Under the pieces are notes generated by a model. That model was not told the origin of the DNA and searched no databases. It saw only the letters and a program-made list of their open reading frames with translations. DNA of 45,073 nucleotides from the sequence record SRR20825019_48. One strand, 5' to 3'. The position numbers and the translations under genes were made by a program. How positions within the stretch are numbered: position 1 is the first letter of the stretch; the number at the start of each line of letters is the position of its first letter. Positions 29,682 to 39,216 of this stretch are shown piece by piece.

Positions 29682-29711
29682 AAAAAAATGGCTCCCATAA
29701 TGAAAGCCATT
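29682..29711 (-). terminator. Terminator for the 29745-30284 gene
   Basis: AATGGCT/AGCCATT stem plus a T-run on the minus strand. Confidence 0.55.
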
Positions 29712-29744
29712 GAATACAAAATAATGCTATCGTCTTAGTTAAAA

Positions 29745-30284
29745 CTAATCGAGCTTATACTTTTTGAAGAACGCGTCCCAATCCCAAATGAAGTTCTCAA
29801 CGATCTCGTCCAATCTTTTCAAGAATAACGGGTTTGGAGATTGCATTCTGCGGAAATACTCATCTTGATAATTATACAACTGATACTTATCAAAAACAGC
29901 TTTGGACATTCCATACAGCATGTTTTTCGAAGGATGATTCAATCTCAAAATATGTTGTTGATAATCCTTGATTAATTTCTTCGTTTCAGACACAGTCAGG
30001 TTGTACACCTTCGCGAGTTTCTCAAAAATATGTTCTTCAACATTACTTGCTTGCTCTGGATCGAAGGCGCTTTCTAGAAAAGAAAGGTTCCCGACAAACA
30101 AGATTAACGTGAATTCGTCGTGATTTTCAGGATTGATCTTTGGAGACTTTACAAACGAAGCATCTTCATTTATAAACTCCGCCACCATTGGGAATCCCTG
30201 TTGAGAAGCACTTAATAGACCGTTAATGAATACATTAGCCAGTTTATCATCGCTTACTTTTTTTCGTAAAATTGATCCAAACAT
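29745..30284 (-). CDS. Hypothetical cytoplasmic protein
   Basis: 179-aa ORF with its own -7 element (TATCTTTG, 30326-30319) and terminator. Confidence 0.75.
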   Translation of the reverse strand: MFGSILRKKVSDDKLANVFINGLLSASQQGFPMVAEFINEDASFVKSPKINPENHDEFTLILFVGNLSFLESAFDPEQASNVEEHIFEKLAKVYNLTVSETKKLIKDYQQHILRLNHPSKNMLYGMSKAVFDKYQLYNYQDEYFRRMQSPNPLFLKRLDEIVENFIWDWDAFFKKYKLD

Positions 30285-30342
30285 CTCTAAAAGGTTGAAA
30301 TTGAAGTGCTTATTTCAACAAAGATACGTAGGGAACTGAATG

Positions 30343-30385
30343 TTTTCCACATGTTTTTTATAGGTTTTCAACATATTTATTCACA
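30343..30385 (+). promoter_or_regulatory. Cluster of DnaA-box-like 9-mers
   Basis: TTTTCCACA (30343), TTTTCAACA (30365), TTATTCACA (30377), all co-oriented; consensus TTWTNCACA. Confidence 0.55.
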
Positions 30386-30532
30386 GAGCCAAATTAATTT
30401 CATCTTTTGTTCATTTCAATTTAACACGATAAAACGGTCGTTCATCCCTTTTTTCATCTTCTTAACAATCTCTGTAACTTTCTTTCTGTTCGGAATCGTA
30501 ACTTTATTCACTTATTACCTCATAAACCTCAA

Positions 30533-31651
30533 ATGAAACAAAGTCAGGTCATTCTGTTTACCGTTTTTCTAGTTATTTCTGGATTAATCTACGTCGGTTT
30601 AAGCAGCAACAAAAAAGAAGCTGAAAAAACGATGAAGTCAGAAAAAAAGCTGACGTACGTTGCGGTAAGTTCAGTGGACAATAAAACGCGGACGTCGAAC
30701 ATGACTTCCTACGGTCAAGTTACGCCAAATGCTGAACTCATGATTGCATTTGAAGTTCAAGGAAAATTGGAAAAAGGAAAAATCACAATGAAGCCTGGAG
30801 TTAATTTCTCGAAAGGTCAATTGCTATATTCTTTGGATCGTGAAGAAGTGATTTATTCGCTTAATGCACGAAAATCAGCGCTTTCTAGTATGATATTGAA
30901 TGCAATTCCAGACATTGAGCTTGATTTCCCGAAAGAAAAATCAAAGTGGCTTAAATTCTATTACGACATAGACCCACAGAAAGAACTTCCAGATTTTCCT
31001 CGTTTTACGTCAGATAAGGAGCAATTCTTTTTCTATGGAAGAAACATTGTGACTGAATATTACAACTTGAAAAGTCAAGAAGTGCGCTTAGTTAAATACT
31101 TGTACTATGCGCCATTTAGCGGAACAGTTATCAGTATTTACTCCGAACCCGGAAGCATCGTAAATCCAGGAGCACAAATTGCGAAAATCGCGCAAACAGG
31201 AGGATTTGAAATTAAGGTGCCGATTGCCGTAGAAAACTTGGATCTCTACAAAGAAAAAAGCAGCGCAACATTCACCAATTCTAAAGGCGAAAAAGTGGCA
31301 ACTGGAAAAATTGTTCGAATCTCAGATGTCATCAATCAACAAACTCAAGCGGCGGACGTATATTATTCACTTACGCCGTTGAAGGGCGAACGTTTGTACA
31401 ATGGCATGTTTCTAAATGCGGTAATTGAGCGACAAGTAACCACAAACGTTATGACACTTCCCGTTACAGCTGTTAAGGATGGGAAAGTTCAGGAATTAAA
31501 AGAAGGAAAGCTCCGCTCACAAAATGTAACGATACTTGAAAGCAAACCAGATTCTGTGTTCGTTTCAGGTTTAGCAAATGGACAAATCATTGTCCTCGAT
31601 CACCTTGAAACGATTGAAAAAGGAATGACTTACCAAGGCGTGAAGCGCTAA
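30533..31651 (+). CDS. RND efflux periplasmic adaptor subunit
   Basis: N-terminal anchor, EVQGKL and YAPFSGTV lipoyl half-motifs, GLANGQ. Confidence 0.88.
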   Translation: MKQSQVILFTVFLVISGLIYVGLSSNKKEAEKTMKSEKKLTYVAVSSVDNKTRTSNMTSYGQVTPNAELMIAFEVQGKLEKGKITMKPGVNFSKGQLLYSLDREEVIYSLNARKSALSSMILNAIPDIELDFPKEKSKWLKFYYDIDPQKELPDFPRFTSDKEQFFFYGRNIVTEYYNLKSQEVRLVKYLYYAPFSGTVISIYSEPGSIVNPGAQIAKIAQTGGFEIKVPIAVENLDLYKEKSSATFTNSKGEKVATGKIVRISDVINQQTQAADVYYSLTPLKGERLYNGMFLNAVIERQVTTNVMTLPVTAVKDGKVQELKEGKLRSQNVTILESKPDSVFVSGLANGQIIVLDHLETIEKGMTYQGVKR

Positions 31652-31660
31652 ACAACCATT

Positions 31661-34600
31661 ATGAAAAGAATCATACAATTCTTCATTAATCGACCCATTT
31701 GGGGAAATGCCGCCATCGCTATTGTTTTGATGTTCGGCTTGTTCTCTATTTTCACTATGAAGCGGTCTTTTTTTCCAGAATTAGACCCCGTAACAATTAC
31801 CATTAATGTATTCTATCCAGGGGCATCTCCCGTTGAAATGGAAGAAGGCGTTACCATAAAGGTTGAACAAGCGATTAAAGGCTTGAACGGAATCGATCGT
31901 GTAACAGCACAATCCTCCGAAAACTATTCTTCTATTCAAGTCAAAGCGTTCCAAGATACCGACATGGATGAACTCTTGAGCGACGTTGAGAATGCGGTCA
32001 ACTCAATCAATTCATTTCCACAAGGAGCAGAACAACCTGTGATTACAAAGTTGAAATCCAGCGGAATGTCGAGTGTCGTTGCCTTTGTTGGAGTTTCCTC
32101 GACAAAAAAGAGTGCGAAGCTAACCGATCTGACAGACATCGCGAATAAAATTGAACGTGACCTTTTAAACACAAAGGAAATCACGCAGATTACTAAGACA
32201 GGCTTTCCTGAAAAAGAGATTACTATTCATGTTCGAGAGCAAGATTTACTTCGTTACAACATGTCGATTCAGGAAATTTCGTTGGCCGTTGGATCCAGAA
32301 ATGTGGATTTAACCGCAGGAATCATCCGTGGTGGACTTGAAGAAATGAACATTCGTTCGAACAGTCGTGTAACTACCGCAGACGAACTAGAAAAAATCAC
32401 CGTTAGAACAGCTCCAACGGGAGAAACAATCCTATTGGGAGACATTGCCGATGTTCAAATTGACTTTTCAGAAACCTCGCAAGAAGCAAAGTTCAATGGC
32501 AAGCCGTCGGTTCAATTTCAAATTGAAAAAACGCAAGAACAAGATATCGCACGGATCACCGACGAACTCACCAAGTACGCAGAGAAATTCAATAAGGAAA
32601 ACAAGGATTATTCGTTTGATATTTTCTACGCTTTCAACAATATGTTGAATGACCGAATTGATTTGCTGTCAGAAAATGGACTGATGGGGCTGATTCTCGT
32701 GTTGCTTTTCCTTGGACTTTTCTTGAACTTAAAACTCTCAGCTTGGGTCGCTTTTGGAATTCCATTTTCCTTCCTTGGAATGTTCATTTTTGGTCTTCCT
32801 TATGGAATGTCCATTAATATGATTTCATTGTTCGGAATGATTCTCGTTGTCGGAATTTTAGTCGACGATGGTATTGTGATCGCTGAAAACATTTACACGC
32901 ACTACGAAAAAGGGAAGTCACCTCACAAAGCTGCGCTCGATGGAACGATGGAAGTTATCGGCTCAGTATTTTCTTCCGTTCTAACAACGGTTGTTGCCTT
33001 CTCGATTCTTCTTTTTGTGGAAGGATTGGAAATGATGCGTGAAATGGCATTTGTCGTTATTTCTTGCTTAATTTTCTCCTTGTTCGAAGCCTTCATTATA
33101 CTTCCAGCTCACTTGGGACACAAAAAAGTACTTTCTGATGAACGCACCCATTTTTGGAGTTATACAAAAGGCTGGATTTACCTTGGGATAGGACTTGTCG
33201 TTATTTTTATGGGAGTAAAACTCATTCCTAATGAAATCTCTTTTGGACTTATTTTATTCCCGTTTTGCTTAATCCTCCTTGGTGCGGCACTCTTTTTTAT
33301 TGGATTTGCACGCTCTCCGATGGAAGAAAAAGTTCGACAAGTTGCGGACAGAGGCATCAAGTATGTACGAGATCGTTGGTTCAAAACGACTATTCAATTA
33401 CTGATTGGATCCAAAAGGGATTGGTACATGGCGAGTTTTTTCATTCCCTTGGGCTTTGTTATAATCACGTTCATGCTTCTTGGAAAGGGCGTAATTTCAT
33501 CCACTTTCTTTCCGAACATTCAACCTGATTTTATTTCTATCGAAGGTGTTTTTCTTCCTGGAGAAAATAAAGCGAAATCTCAGGAATTTGTCGCAGCGGC
33601 AAGCGCCATTCTTATCGAAGAAAATCAACGAATCATTGAAGAGTCAGGCGATTCACTCCTCTCCTACTATTCGAGTAATGTGGGATTTGCGCAAAACCTT
33701 GGACAGGGCGGTGATCACGCCAGTGGACTCATGGTTTTTTACGACGGTGAAAATACAAATACACCAATTGACACCTTAATAAATCGCATCATCAGTCGAC
33801 TTAAACAAACACCTATTGCCCAACTTGCGCAAGAAACATTTGTTGGTGGATTTAATCGCTTTGGAAAAGAAATAGAGCTTGGTTTTACTTCTCCGAATGA
33901 TGCCAGCTTGTACAGTGCGAAAGATTTGTTCAAAGATCAACTCGCTCAACTGAATGGAGTGATTAATATTAAGGACAACATGCCTCCTGGGAAGAATGAA
34001 GTTTCTTTGGAGCTAAGACCGCAAGCGGATATCTATGGCGTTTCAAAAAGTGAAGTTCTTACACAAGTGCGACAAGCATTTTTTGGGCAAGAAGTGCAAC
34101 GTGTAATTATCGGTACAGACGAAGTAAAAATGTGGGTGCGTTATCCACCAGAAGATCGTCAATCGCTCTCTGACTTAAAGAATATGAAAATCAGAACTCC
34201 GCAGGGAATAGCGATTCCACTGAATGAGATTTGTGATTTCACCATGGGGCGTGCACCTGAAAGCCTTAAACGACAAGACGGACAACGAATCGTTATCGTA
34301 GATGCTGAGGCAGATGATCCCGATGCGGTAGGAGTATTGAACGGAAAAATTCAAGATGAGATTATTCCAAAAATTGAACAAGCATATCCAGACGTAAAGA
34401 CAAAGCAGTTTGGACAGGCAGAAAGAAGTCAAAAAACCGCGAGTTCAATGCAAGCTGCTGGATTGATTGGAATTGTGATCATGTTTATCATCCTCATGCT
34501 CCATTTCAATAGTCTTTCTAGTTCATTCTTAATCATGCTTACCATTCCAGCTGGAATTGCGGGTGCCATTATGGGACACGGACTCATTGGAATTCCTGTT

Positions 34601-35032
34601 TCAATTCTATCCGCTTTTGGAATGATTGCCTTGATTGGGGTCCTAATCAATGATGCCATTGTATTTTTGGATCGATATAACGACTTATTGCTCGAAGGAT
34701 TGGGTGTTAAAAAAGCCGTTTTGGAGGCCGCAGCTTCGCGATTCCGACCGATTTTATTAACCTCGTTAACAACAGTGGCTGGACTTCTTCCAATTATCTC
34801 AGAGAAGAGCATGCAAGCACAATTTCTGATTCCAATGGCCGCATCTATCGCCTTTGGAGTCTTGTTCGGTACATTCTTCATCCTCTTTTTCTATCCATCC
34901 GCAATCCTTTTTTGGAATTGGCAACGAAGAACAGGGCAGCGTATGTGGCATGGAAGAAAATTTGAAAAGAAAAGAGACGTGGAACCAGCGTTGAAATTAT
35001 CTAAAAACAAACATGATTTTGAAGAGCTTTAG
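31661..35032 (+). CDS. RND efflux permease
   Basis: YPGASP, GILVDDGIVIAENI, RFRPILLTSLTT. Confidence 0.95.
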   Translation: MKRIIQFFINRPIWGNAAIAIVLMFGLFSIFTMKRSFFPELDPVTITINVFYPGASPVEMEEGVTIKVEQAIKGLNGIDRVTAQSSENYSSIQVKAFQDTDMDELLSDVENAVNSINSFPQGAEQPVITKLKSSGMSSVVAFVGVSSTKKSAKLTDLTDIANKIERDLLNTKEITQITKTGFPEKEITIHVREQDLLRYNMSIQEISLAVGSRNVDLTAGIIRGGLEEMNIRSNSRVTTADELEKITVRTAPTGETILLGDIADVQIDFSETSQEAKFNGKPSVQFQIEKTQEQDIARITDELTKYAEKFNKENKDYSFDIFYAFNNMLNDRIDLLSENGLMGLILVLLFLGLFLNLKLSAWVAFGIPFSFLGMFIFGLPYGMSINMISLFGMILVVGILVDDGIVIAENIYTHYEKGKSPHKAALDGTMEVIGSVFSSVLTTVVAFSILLFVEGLEMMREMAFVVISCLIFSLFEAFIILPAHLGHKKVLSDERTHFWSYTKGWIYLGIGLVVIFMGVKLIPNEISFGLILFPFCLILLGAALFFIGFARSPMEEKVRQVADRGIKYVRDRWFKTTIQLLIGSKRDWYMASFFIPLGFVIITFMLLGKGVISSTFFPNIQPDFISIEGVFLPGENKAKSQEFVAAASAILIEENQRIIEESGDSLLSYYSSNVGFAQNLGQGGDHASGLMVFYDGENTNTPIDTLINRIISRLKQTPIAQLAQETFVGGFNRFGKEIELGFTSPNDASLYSAKDLFKDQLAQLNGVINIKDNMPPGKNEVSLELRPQADIYGVSKSEVLTQVRQAFFGQEVQRVIIGTDEVKMWVRYPPEDRQSLSDLKNMKIRTPQGIAIPLNEICDFTMGRAPESLKRQDGQRIVIVDAEADDPDAVGVLNGKIQDEIIPKIEQAYPDVKTKQFGQAERSQKTASSMQAAGLIGIVIMFIILMLHFNSLSSSFLIMLTIPAGIAGAIMGHGLIGIPVSILSAFGMIALIGVLINDAIVFLDRYNDLLLEGLGVKKAVLEAAASRFRPILLTSLTTVAGLLPIISEKSMQAQFLIPMAASIAFGVLFGTFFILFFYPSAILFWNWQRRTGQRMWHGRKFEKKRDVEPALKLSKNKHDFEEL

Positions 35033-36347
35033 TTTAATAGTATTCTTATTCTCAGTATTCGCGAGCTTCGGGCAACGTGAACTTTCAGCGAAAGATGCTG
35101 TCTATCTGGCATTGGAGAATAATTATCAAATTCAAATTGCCTCAAAGCAATCGGAAATTAGCGAGAAAAATAACCGTTGGTCCCAAGCAGGTTTGTTTCC
35201 TACGGTAACGCTTTCCGTAGCTCAGAACAATACCATTCAAGACAATACGAAGAATCCTTTCACGTTTACTCCGGGAATTATTCTGTCCAACAGTATTAAT
35301 CCTTCGTTGGCTGCAAATTGGAACATTTTCTCTGGATTTTCGGTGCTTATTTCGAAACAGCAGCTTGAACAACTCGAAGCACAAAGTGCAAACAATGTGA
35401 TTTCTGTGATTGAAGGAACGATTCAAGATGTTTTGAAAGCGTATTACGCGGCACAATTGCAAAAGGAGCGACTGGAACTTTTCGAATCTATTTTGGGCTT
35501 ATCTCGCGAGCGTTACACGTACTACGAAGTAAAAGAAAAATACAGCGCGGCAAGTTCTTTAGAGTTGTTTCAGTTTCGGAATCAACTGTTAACGGACAGC
35601 ACGAATTACTTGCTTCAAGAAATTTCCTACGAAAATGCGCTGAGAAACTTACATCTTTTAATGAACGAAGAACTCGGTGAGAACGAAACCATCGAATATA
35701 CACTAACAGACGAACTCGATTTACCGCTTCAATTGATTGATTTTTCGCAAGCTGAATCTGAAATGCTTGGAAGTAATAGCAACTTGAAGAATCAATATAT
35801 TTCTTTGGAATTGCAGAAAACGGCCACTTCAATGCAGCGTTCATTTTTGTATCCAACGTTAAGTTTTCAAGCGGGAGTTCAACCTGGTTGGTCTTGGTTG
35901 CGCGATCTAAACAGCTCGAATTTGAATATCAGCACACAATCTCTTTCTTATTACGGAAACTTCAATTTACGCTACAATTTGTTCAATAATTGGAAAGCGA
36001 AAAGAGCGGTTGAGGTTTCTCAAATTCAGGAAGAAATTGCTTCTCTCGGAATTGACCAAATGACCCAAAGTTTATCGGCTACGCTTAAAAACCTCATCGC
36101 GATGTATGATGCGCGCTCACAATTGGTTGCAATTTCGTCAGAGAATATGCTGTATGCGGAAAAAGCGTTCGATTTGGCGAAAAAACGCTTCAATCAAGGA
36201 ACAATAAATTCGATAGATTTGGCTTCGTTTCAGAATAGCTACCAAAATACGATGGTTCAGCATTACGAGAATTTATTCAACCGAATGGATACGTATTTGG
36301 AGATTTACAAAATGACAGGGAAATTGAGCTTGGAGTATGAGAAATAG
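35013..36347 (+). CDS. TolC family outer membrane protein
   Basis: Signal peptide, ALENNYQI, LFPTV/LYPTL repeats, RFNQGTINSID. Confidence 0.92.
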   Translation: MILKSFSLIVFLFSVFASFGQRELSAKDAVYLALENNYQIQIASKQSEISEKNNRWSQAGLFPTVTLSVAQNNTIQDNTKNPFTFTPGIILSNSINPSLAANWNIFSGFSVLISKQQLEQLEAQSANNVISVIEGTIQDVLKAYYAAQLQKERLELFESILGLSRERYTYYEVKEKYSAASSLELFQFRNQLLTDSTNYLLQEISYENALRNLHLLMNEELGENETIEYTLTDELDLPLQLIDFSQAESEMLGSNSNLKNQYISLELQKTATSMQRSFLYPTLSFQAGVQPGWSWLRDLNSSNLNISTQSLSYYGNFNLRYNLFNNWKAKRAVEVSQIQEEIASLGIDQMTQSLSATLKNLIAMYDARSQLVAISSENMLYAEKAFDLAKKRFNQGTINSIDLASFQNSYQNTMVQHYENLFNRMDTYLEIYKMTGKLSLEYEK

Positions 36348-36423
36348 TGACGTGATTTTCGCTTGCTCATTTTAAGCGATTTCCCCTATTTCACTTAGCC
36401 CAAGATGCTCTTTCTTTAAAACG

Positions 36424-36455
36424 AAAAAACGGTTTGAGATCACTCCCAAACCGTT
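36424..36455 (-). terminator. Intrinsic terminator after the nitroreductase gene
   Basis: AACGGTTTG/CAAACCGTT stem plus a T-run on the minus strand. Confidence 0.75.
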
Positions 36456-36489
36456 AATACTTCTATTATTCTAGCTATTTCTTTAACTA

Positions 36490-37122
36490 CTAGTCAATCA
36501 CTGTTACTAAATCTTCTTTACTTTTTCTAACCTTTTTAAGATTGACCAACCAATCATTTTGATCATCTCTATATCCAATTGGAAGCAAAACGCAGCTTCG
36601 TAATCCTTTTTCGCGGAGACCTAAAATTTCGTCTACTGCGTCAGGATCAAAACCTTCCATCGGTGTGCTGTCAACTTCTTCGAATGCCGCTGCTGCAATC
36701 GCCAATGAAAACGCAATGTATGCTTGTTTCGTTGCGTGCGTAAAGTTCACCTCAGCATCCTTTTGAGGGTAGCTACTCAATAACATTTGACGGTAATTTT
36801 CCCATCCTTCGTTTTCGAATCCACGAACGGTGTTCGTTAAATCAAACATTTTGTTGATTCGATCTGCTGTATAAGTATCCCAAGCAGCAAAAACGAACAA
36901 GTGAGAACAATCAGTAATCACCGATTGATTCCAAGCCACAGGTTTTATCTTTTCTTTCAGCTCTTGATTCTTGATAACAATAAGCTCGAAAGGTTGTAAT
37001 CCACTTGATGTTGGAGCAAGCGAAACTGCTTCAATGATTCGGTCAATTTTATCTTGTTCAACCTCCTTACCGTTCATGGCTTTGGCAGCGTATCTCCAAT
37101 TCAATTTATCTAATAATTCCAT
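36490..37122 (-). CDS. Nitroreductase family NAD(P)H-dependent oxidoreductase
   Basis: WRYAAK, LAPTSSGLQP, DSTPMEGF, LKKVRK. Confidence 0.93.
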   Translation of the reverse strand: MELLDKLNWRYAAKAMNGKEVEQDKIDRIIEAVSLAPTSSGLQPFELIVIKNQELKEKIKPVAWNQSVITDCSHLFVFAAWDTYTADRINKMFDLTNTVRGFENEGWENYRQMLLSSYPQKDAEVNFTHATKQAYIAFSLAIAAAAFEEVDSTPMEGFDPDAVDEILGLREKGLRSCVLLPIGYRDDQNDWLVNLKKVRKSKEDLVTVID

Positions 37123-37151
37123 TCTATCTGTTGTTTGTATTTGTGTTTTTG

Positions 37152-37613
37152 TTAATCTAAATTCTCTTTATTTTCGGACAGCATTTTTATCCATTTGTTC
37201 AGCATCTCTTTCAACTGGAGTACCTCTGATAATTTGACATTCTCCTTAAGTAAAATACTGAGTAATTCCTCGGGAATTGGAGCCGCCTGTGTTCGCAAAT
37301 CCCTTCCTTTTTCGGTTAACTGAATAATCACACTTCGTTCATCCTCGATGGAACGATTTCGCTGAAGAAGATTCGATTTCTCCATTCGCTTCAACAGCGG
37401 AGAAAGTGTATTAGTGTTCAGAAGTAATTTTTCCGAAATCTGATTTACCGAAACGCTATCGTTTTCCCATAATACCATCAGCACCAAATACTGCGGATAG
37501 GTAATTCCCATTTCATCTAAATAGGGTTTATACGCTTTAGTGAGTAAGCGCGAAACGGAATATAACGGGAAGCAAATTTGATTGCTTAGTTTCAATTGTG
37601 CGTTGTTTTCCAT
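37152..37613 (-). CDS. MarR family regulator (OhrR-like)
   Basis: NQICFPLY with sensor Cys, ITYPQYLV, TLSPLLKRME, DERSV; ATG at 37613. Confidence 0.9.
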   Translation of the reverse strand: MENNAQLKLSNQICFPLYSVSRLLTKAYKPYLDEMGITYPQYLVLMVLWENDSVSVNQISEKLLLNTNTLSPLLKRMEKSNLLQRNRSIEDERSVIIQLTEKGRDLRTQAAPIPEELLSILLKENVKLSEVLQLKEMLNKWIKMLSENKENLD

Positions 37614-37614
37614 C

Positions 37615-38055
37615 TTAGTTTTTAGTTTTAGAGGTTCTCCATGATTTCCATGCTCCAGACGACCACAGCGCCCATGCAACTAATACAGGCTGAAAGAATA
37701 ATCGGATTAATCTTGCACGATCTGAGTCTAATGCACCAAACGCGTCTTTACCATCGACATACTGAGCAATGTTACCTGGGAATATTAAAATGAAGAAGAT
37801 TGCCAACGCCCAACCGAATTTTACACGCTTATTTTTCCAAAAGGCTAAACCAAGACCGAGCACAATTTCTACTATTCCTGATAATATGACTACCAAATCT
37901 TTACCCAGCGGAATCCAATCAGGAACCTGAGCTTGAAACTCGACTCGGTTAAATGTAAGGTGACTGAATCCAGCATACACCATGAAAATGGCCAGTAGGA
38001 TTCTGAAGATATTTTGCGTTAATGTTGTCTTTACTTGATTGCTCATCCTGTTCAT
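37615..38055 (-). CDS. DoxX-like membrane protein
   Basis: AGFSHL, SGIVEI, FPGNI, RLFFQP. Confidence 0.82.
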   Translation of the reverse strand: MNRMSNQVKTTLTQNIFRILLAIFMVYAGFSHLTFNRVEFQAQVPDWIPLGKDLVVILSGIVEIVLGLGLAFWKNKRVKFGWALAIFFILIFPGNIAQYVDGKDAFGALDSDRARLIRLFFQPVLVAWALWSSGAWKSWRTSKTKN

Positions 38056-38062
38056 TTTAAAC

Positions 38063-38095
38063 GTACGCGATTATGTCGTGTGCGATACAAATATA
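38063..38095 (-). promoter_or_regulatory. -7 promoter plus putative MarR/OhrR operator
   Basis: TATATTTG (38095-38088) followed by ATCGCACACGAC-ATA-ATCGCGTAC imperfect palindromic repeats. Confidence 0.55.
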
Positions 38096-38192
38096 TGCAC
38101 TTTTATTCAGCGAGCGATCCTATTAACATAAATTAGTTAATTCTACTTTGAATCAGAGAGCGACTAACGTTTGAGATTATTATTCTTCAATA

Positions 38193-38867
38193 CTACTTAT
38201 TCCCAGTTGTGTAGATGCCTTCCAGTTGAAAAGGTTTCCCGTCAAATTCTAATTCTGGTTCTTTAATCGTTTCTGTAGAAATATTCTTGAAGCCAGCATT
38301 TCGTAAAAGTTCCTCTACATCTTGAAATTCATATTTCTCAAATCCATAGTTTGTAAGTTCCATTTGATCCATACAGCTCTTAGCGCGATAACCAATTAAT
38401 AGTTTACCGTTTGGCTTTAGAACTCTCAACAGCTCTTTCACATTTTCCCTTGGTTGTGGCCAAAAATAAAGAGTATTCGTTGTTGTGATCCCATCAAAAC
38501 TATTGTCTGCGAAAGGTAATTTCTCGATGGATGCATTCTCAAAAACCACTTTCCCCTCTGCAATGAGCGTTTCATTTAACAGAGTAGCTTCTTGAATCAT
38601 CGTTTCCGAAAAATCAACTCCCGTGTACTTCAAATTGTCGGCCATGGCTAGCAAATCTTTAATGAAAAATCCGTTACCCATTCCTATTTCCAGAATGTGA
38701 CTATCACACTGGGGATTAAGTACTTTGTACGAATTTAGGCAAATGTGTTTATTCCCTTTATTCATCTGAAGACCAACTTGCTTTCCTGTATCTCCATCAG
38801 GTAGTCTTAAATGCTTTGCAAGTTCCTTTGGAGACAATTTACCTTCTGAATTAACTTTTTCTGCCAT
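38193..38867 (-). CDS. Class I SAM-dependent methyltransferase
   Basis: ILEIGMGNG, GVDFS, LPFADNSFD, RVLKPNG. Confidence 0.9.
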   Translation of the reverse strand: MAEKVNSEGKLSPKELAKHLRLPDGDTGKQVGLQMNKGNKHICLNSYKVLNPQCDSHILEIGMGNGFFIKDLLAMADNLKYTGVDFSETMIQEATLLNETLIAEGKVVFENASIEKLPFADNSFDGITTTNTLYFWPQPRENVKELLRVLKPNGKLLIGYRAKSCMDQMELTNYGFEKYEFQDVEELLRNAGFKNISTETIKEPELEFDGKPFQLEGIYTTGNK

Positions 38868-38964
38868 CGACTTTAATTTTTTGTACTTGTTTTCAATTGC
38901 TGGGTATACCGACAGTCCACAATCTGACTCTAACCTTTTCTAAGTTAGTCTTCTTATGCATAAA

Positions 38965-39201
38965 TTAGATCAATTTTTGTTCAAACTTTTTAATCTGAAC
39001 TATACATTTTTCGTAGTCTCCAAAATAATATTCAATCAATTTAAGCTGGTTTCCATTTTGGATTGTAATAATTCTTCCATTGTAATCCGTGGCGCCATTT
39101 CTCAAAACAAAACGATGATTATACTTTTCTATTTTCTTTACACCCCCTTTTTTAAGCTGAATTACTTTTCCAAAAGGCAGTAATTTGAAATGAAGTGTTT
39201 T
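38965..39201 (-). pseudogene. Start-less 78-codon gene remnant
   Basis: Open frame KTLHFKLLPFGKVIQLKKGG..IEYYFGDYEKCIVQIKKFEQKLI* preceded by an in-frame TGA. Confidence 0.4.
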
Positions 39202-39216
39202 TCAATCTATTTCTTA

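Noticed and set aside
30306-30536. 76-aa hydrophobic ORF before the RND operon
   Set aside because: T-rich intergenic DNA containing divergent promoter and DnaA-like boxes; no evidence of coding.
38121-38142. TTAACATAA resembling a XerD arm of dif
   Set aside because: No XerC-like arm at the 6-bp spacing; AT-rich context.
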